In this document: in pieces, positions 63,292 through 64,000 of the stretch | Layout of the letters: each line of letters starts with the position of its first letter | Position numbering within the stretch: position 1 is the first letter of the stretch | The notes under the pieces: model-generated | What the model saw: only the letters and a program-made list of their open reading frames with translations | Database searches by the model: none | What the model was told of the DNA's origin: nothing | Program-made: the position numbers and the translations under genes | Virus record (IMG/VR): IMGVR_UViG_3300037467_003075 | Location: 1-64,000 of that record | DNA: 64,000 nucleotides | Source of the DNA: a virus | Taxonomy: Duplodnaviria > Heunggongvirae > Uroviricota > Caudoviricetes | Strand: one strand, 5' to 3'

Positions 63292-64000
63292 TTAGTCCAC
63301 AATTAAAGATTTAAGAATATTTTCAATGACATCGACAACAATACTGTTTCCCGCCATTTTATAAATCTGACTGTTAGATATGTTGTTTTCTTTTAGCCTC
63401 AGATAATCTTCATCATCAAATCCCATGAGTCTCATACATTCAAGCGGTGTCAACTTTCTGATTCTGCATTCGTGATAGACTTTTTTAGCGTCCTTATAAT
63501 CTCTTGCGCTAATTGTAGGAGATAAACCTTCTGAGCTATAGACTCTTCGGTTTTGCTCGTATCCACTATCACCAACCATACCTATTTGTATGATTTTTGG
63601 TTGTCTATTCCCGCCTTGCATGGTACTTAATGTCGGAGAAATTCCATCGGGGTCGTACACTCTTCTGATCTGTTCATTGCCCTTGATATCGAGCATCCCC
63701 ACTTGCTTAATACTATTGCTCGTTTCAACTACATGTGTTCTTCTTCCGCTATTCACGAACGCCGCGGAAATTCCCTTAGAATAGTTGGCATCGATACAGT
63801 AGCTAATTCCTTCGCCGTCGAACGATAGTTCTCTTGGTGAATCATCTGCTCGTTCCCTTTGTATTAGAGCCTCCAGAAGTGATTTCGCTTTCTCGTTAGA
63901 TATGTAATACCTAGCATCAACATTTTCTTCTAGAATGTGCTTTAGTCTCATCCCGCTATCAAATGCGGTTGGGAAACTAAATTCTTGATCGTCGCGGATA
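63292..64000 (-). CDS. DNA (cytosine-5)-methyltransferase, C-terminal part; 5' end lies beyond the window
   Basis: ENV motif near the window edge; C-terminal RKLTPLECMRLMGFDDEDY and MAGNS. The frame remains open upstream to nt 64000. Confidence 0.55.
   Translation of the reverse strand, partial: IRDDQEFSFPTAFDSGMRLKHILEENVDARYYISNEKAKSLLEALIQRERADDSPRELSFDGEGISYCIDANYSKGISAAFVNSGRRTHVVETSNSIKQVGMLDIKGNEQIRRVYDPDGISPTLSTMQGGNRQPKIIQIGMVGDSGYEQNRRVYSSEGLSPTISARDYKDAKKVYHECRIRKLTPLECMRLMGFDDEDYLRLKENNISNSQIYKMAGNSIVVDVIENILKSLIVD

Overview
The window is AT-rich (about 38% GC) and Firmicutes-like: AGGAGG ribosome-binding sites, frequent TTG/GTG starts, lipobox lipoproteins, and many near-consensus TTGACA-N17-TATAAT promoters. 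Gene content is dense and phage-like or phage-plasmid-like, with many small ORFs. Layout follows. (i) 1-2.5 kb, plus strand: a 5'-truncated P-loop coupling-ATPase-like gene followed by a replication-relaxation family gene, a plasmid/ICE-type pair. (ii) 2.5-40.1 kb, minus strand: a block of about 90 mostly small genes. It includes a DUF932 gene, an HPr-like gene, a DEDDh exonuclease, an SPFH protein, a RelA/SpoT-HD small alarmone hydrolase, a RuvB-like ATPase and an XRE regulator. Its most striking content is a multi-paralog set of five glutamine-synthetase-like amidoligases (Amidoligase_2-like), two class-II glutamine amidotransferases (GAT-II, N-terminal Met-Cys) and two AIG2/gamma-glutamyl-cyclotransferase-like (GGCT) proteins, interleaved with small unknowns. 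Many genes in the 28-40 kb stretch are preceded by a conserved ATCTAAAATTATAT motif and by upstream hairpins with a conserved AATATTAGATT loop. (iii) 40.1-42.4 kb: a 2.2 kb non-coding divergent control region. It holds a GC-rich (about 50%), ORF-poor island that looks like a structured RNA, iteron-like GAAGGATATGAA tandem repeats, and an A/T-rich promoter region. (iv) 42.4-51.2 kb, plus strand: a block of Cys-rich small proteins, an HNH-AP2 homing endonuclease and a DUF4326 protein. (v) 51.3-55.8 kb, minus strand: vWA, thioredoxin, a frameshifted DHH phosphoesterase, an SH3b-NlpC/P60 lysin, thymidine kinase and ClpP. A plus-strand SGNH hydrolase follows at 56.3-57.5 kb. (vi) 57.6-62.6 kb, minus strand: an array of about 20 tRNA and tRNA-like genes. 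About 16 are canonical; several are degenerate or atypical, including short-variable-arm tRNAs with Leu anticodons. An ArfB/ICT1-like GGQ peptidyl-tRNA hydrolase and tiny ORFs whose stops overlap tRNA 5' ends are embedded in the array. (vii) 62.65-64.0 kb, minus strand: an HNH nuclease and a 5'-truncated C5 cytosine DNA methyltransferase. All calls come from reading the sequence and ORF translations. No database searches were run.
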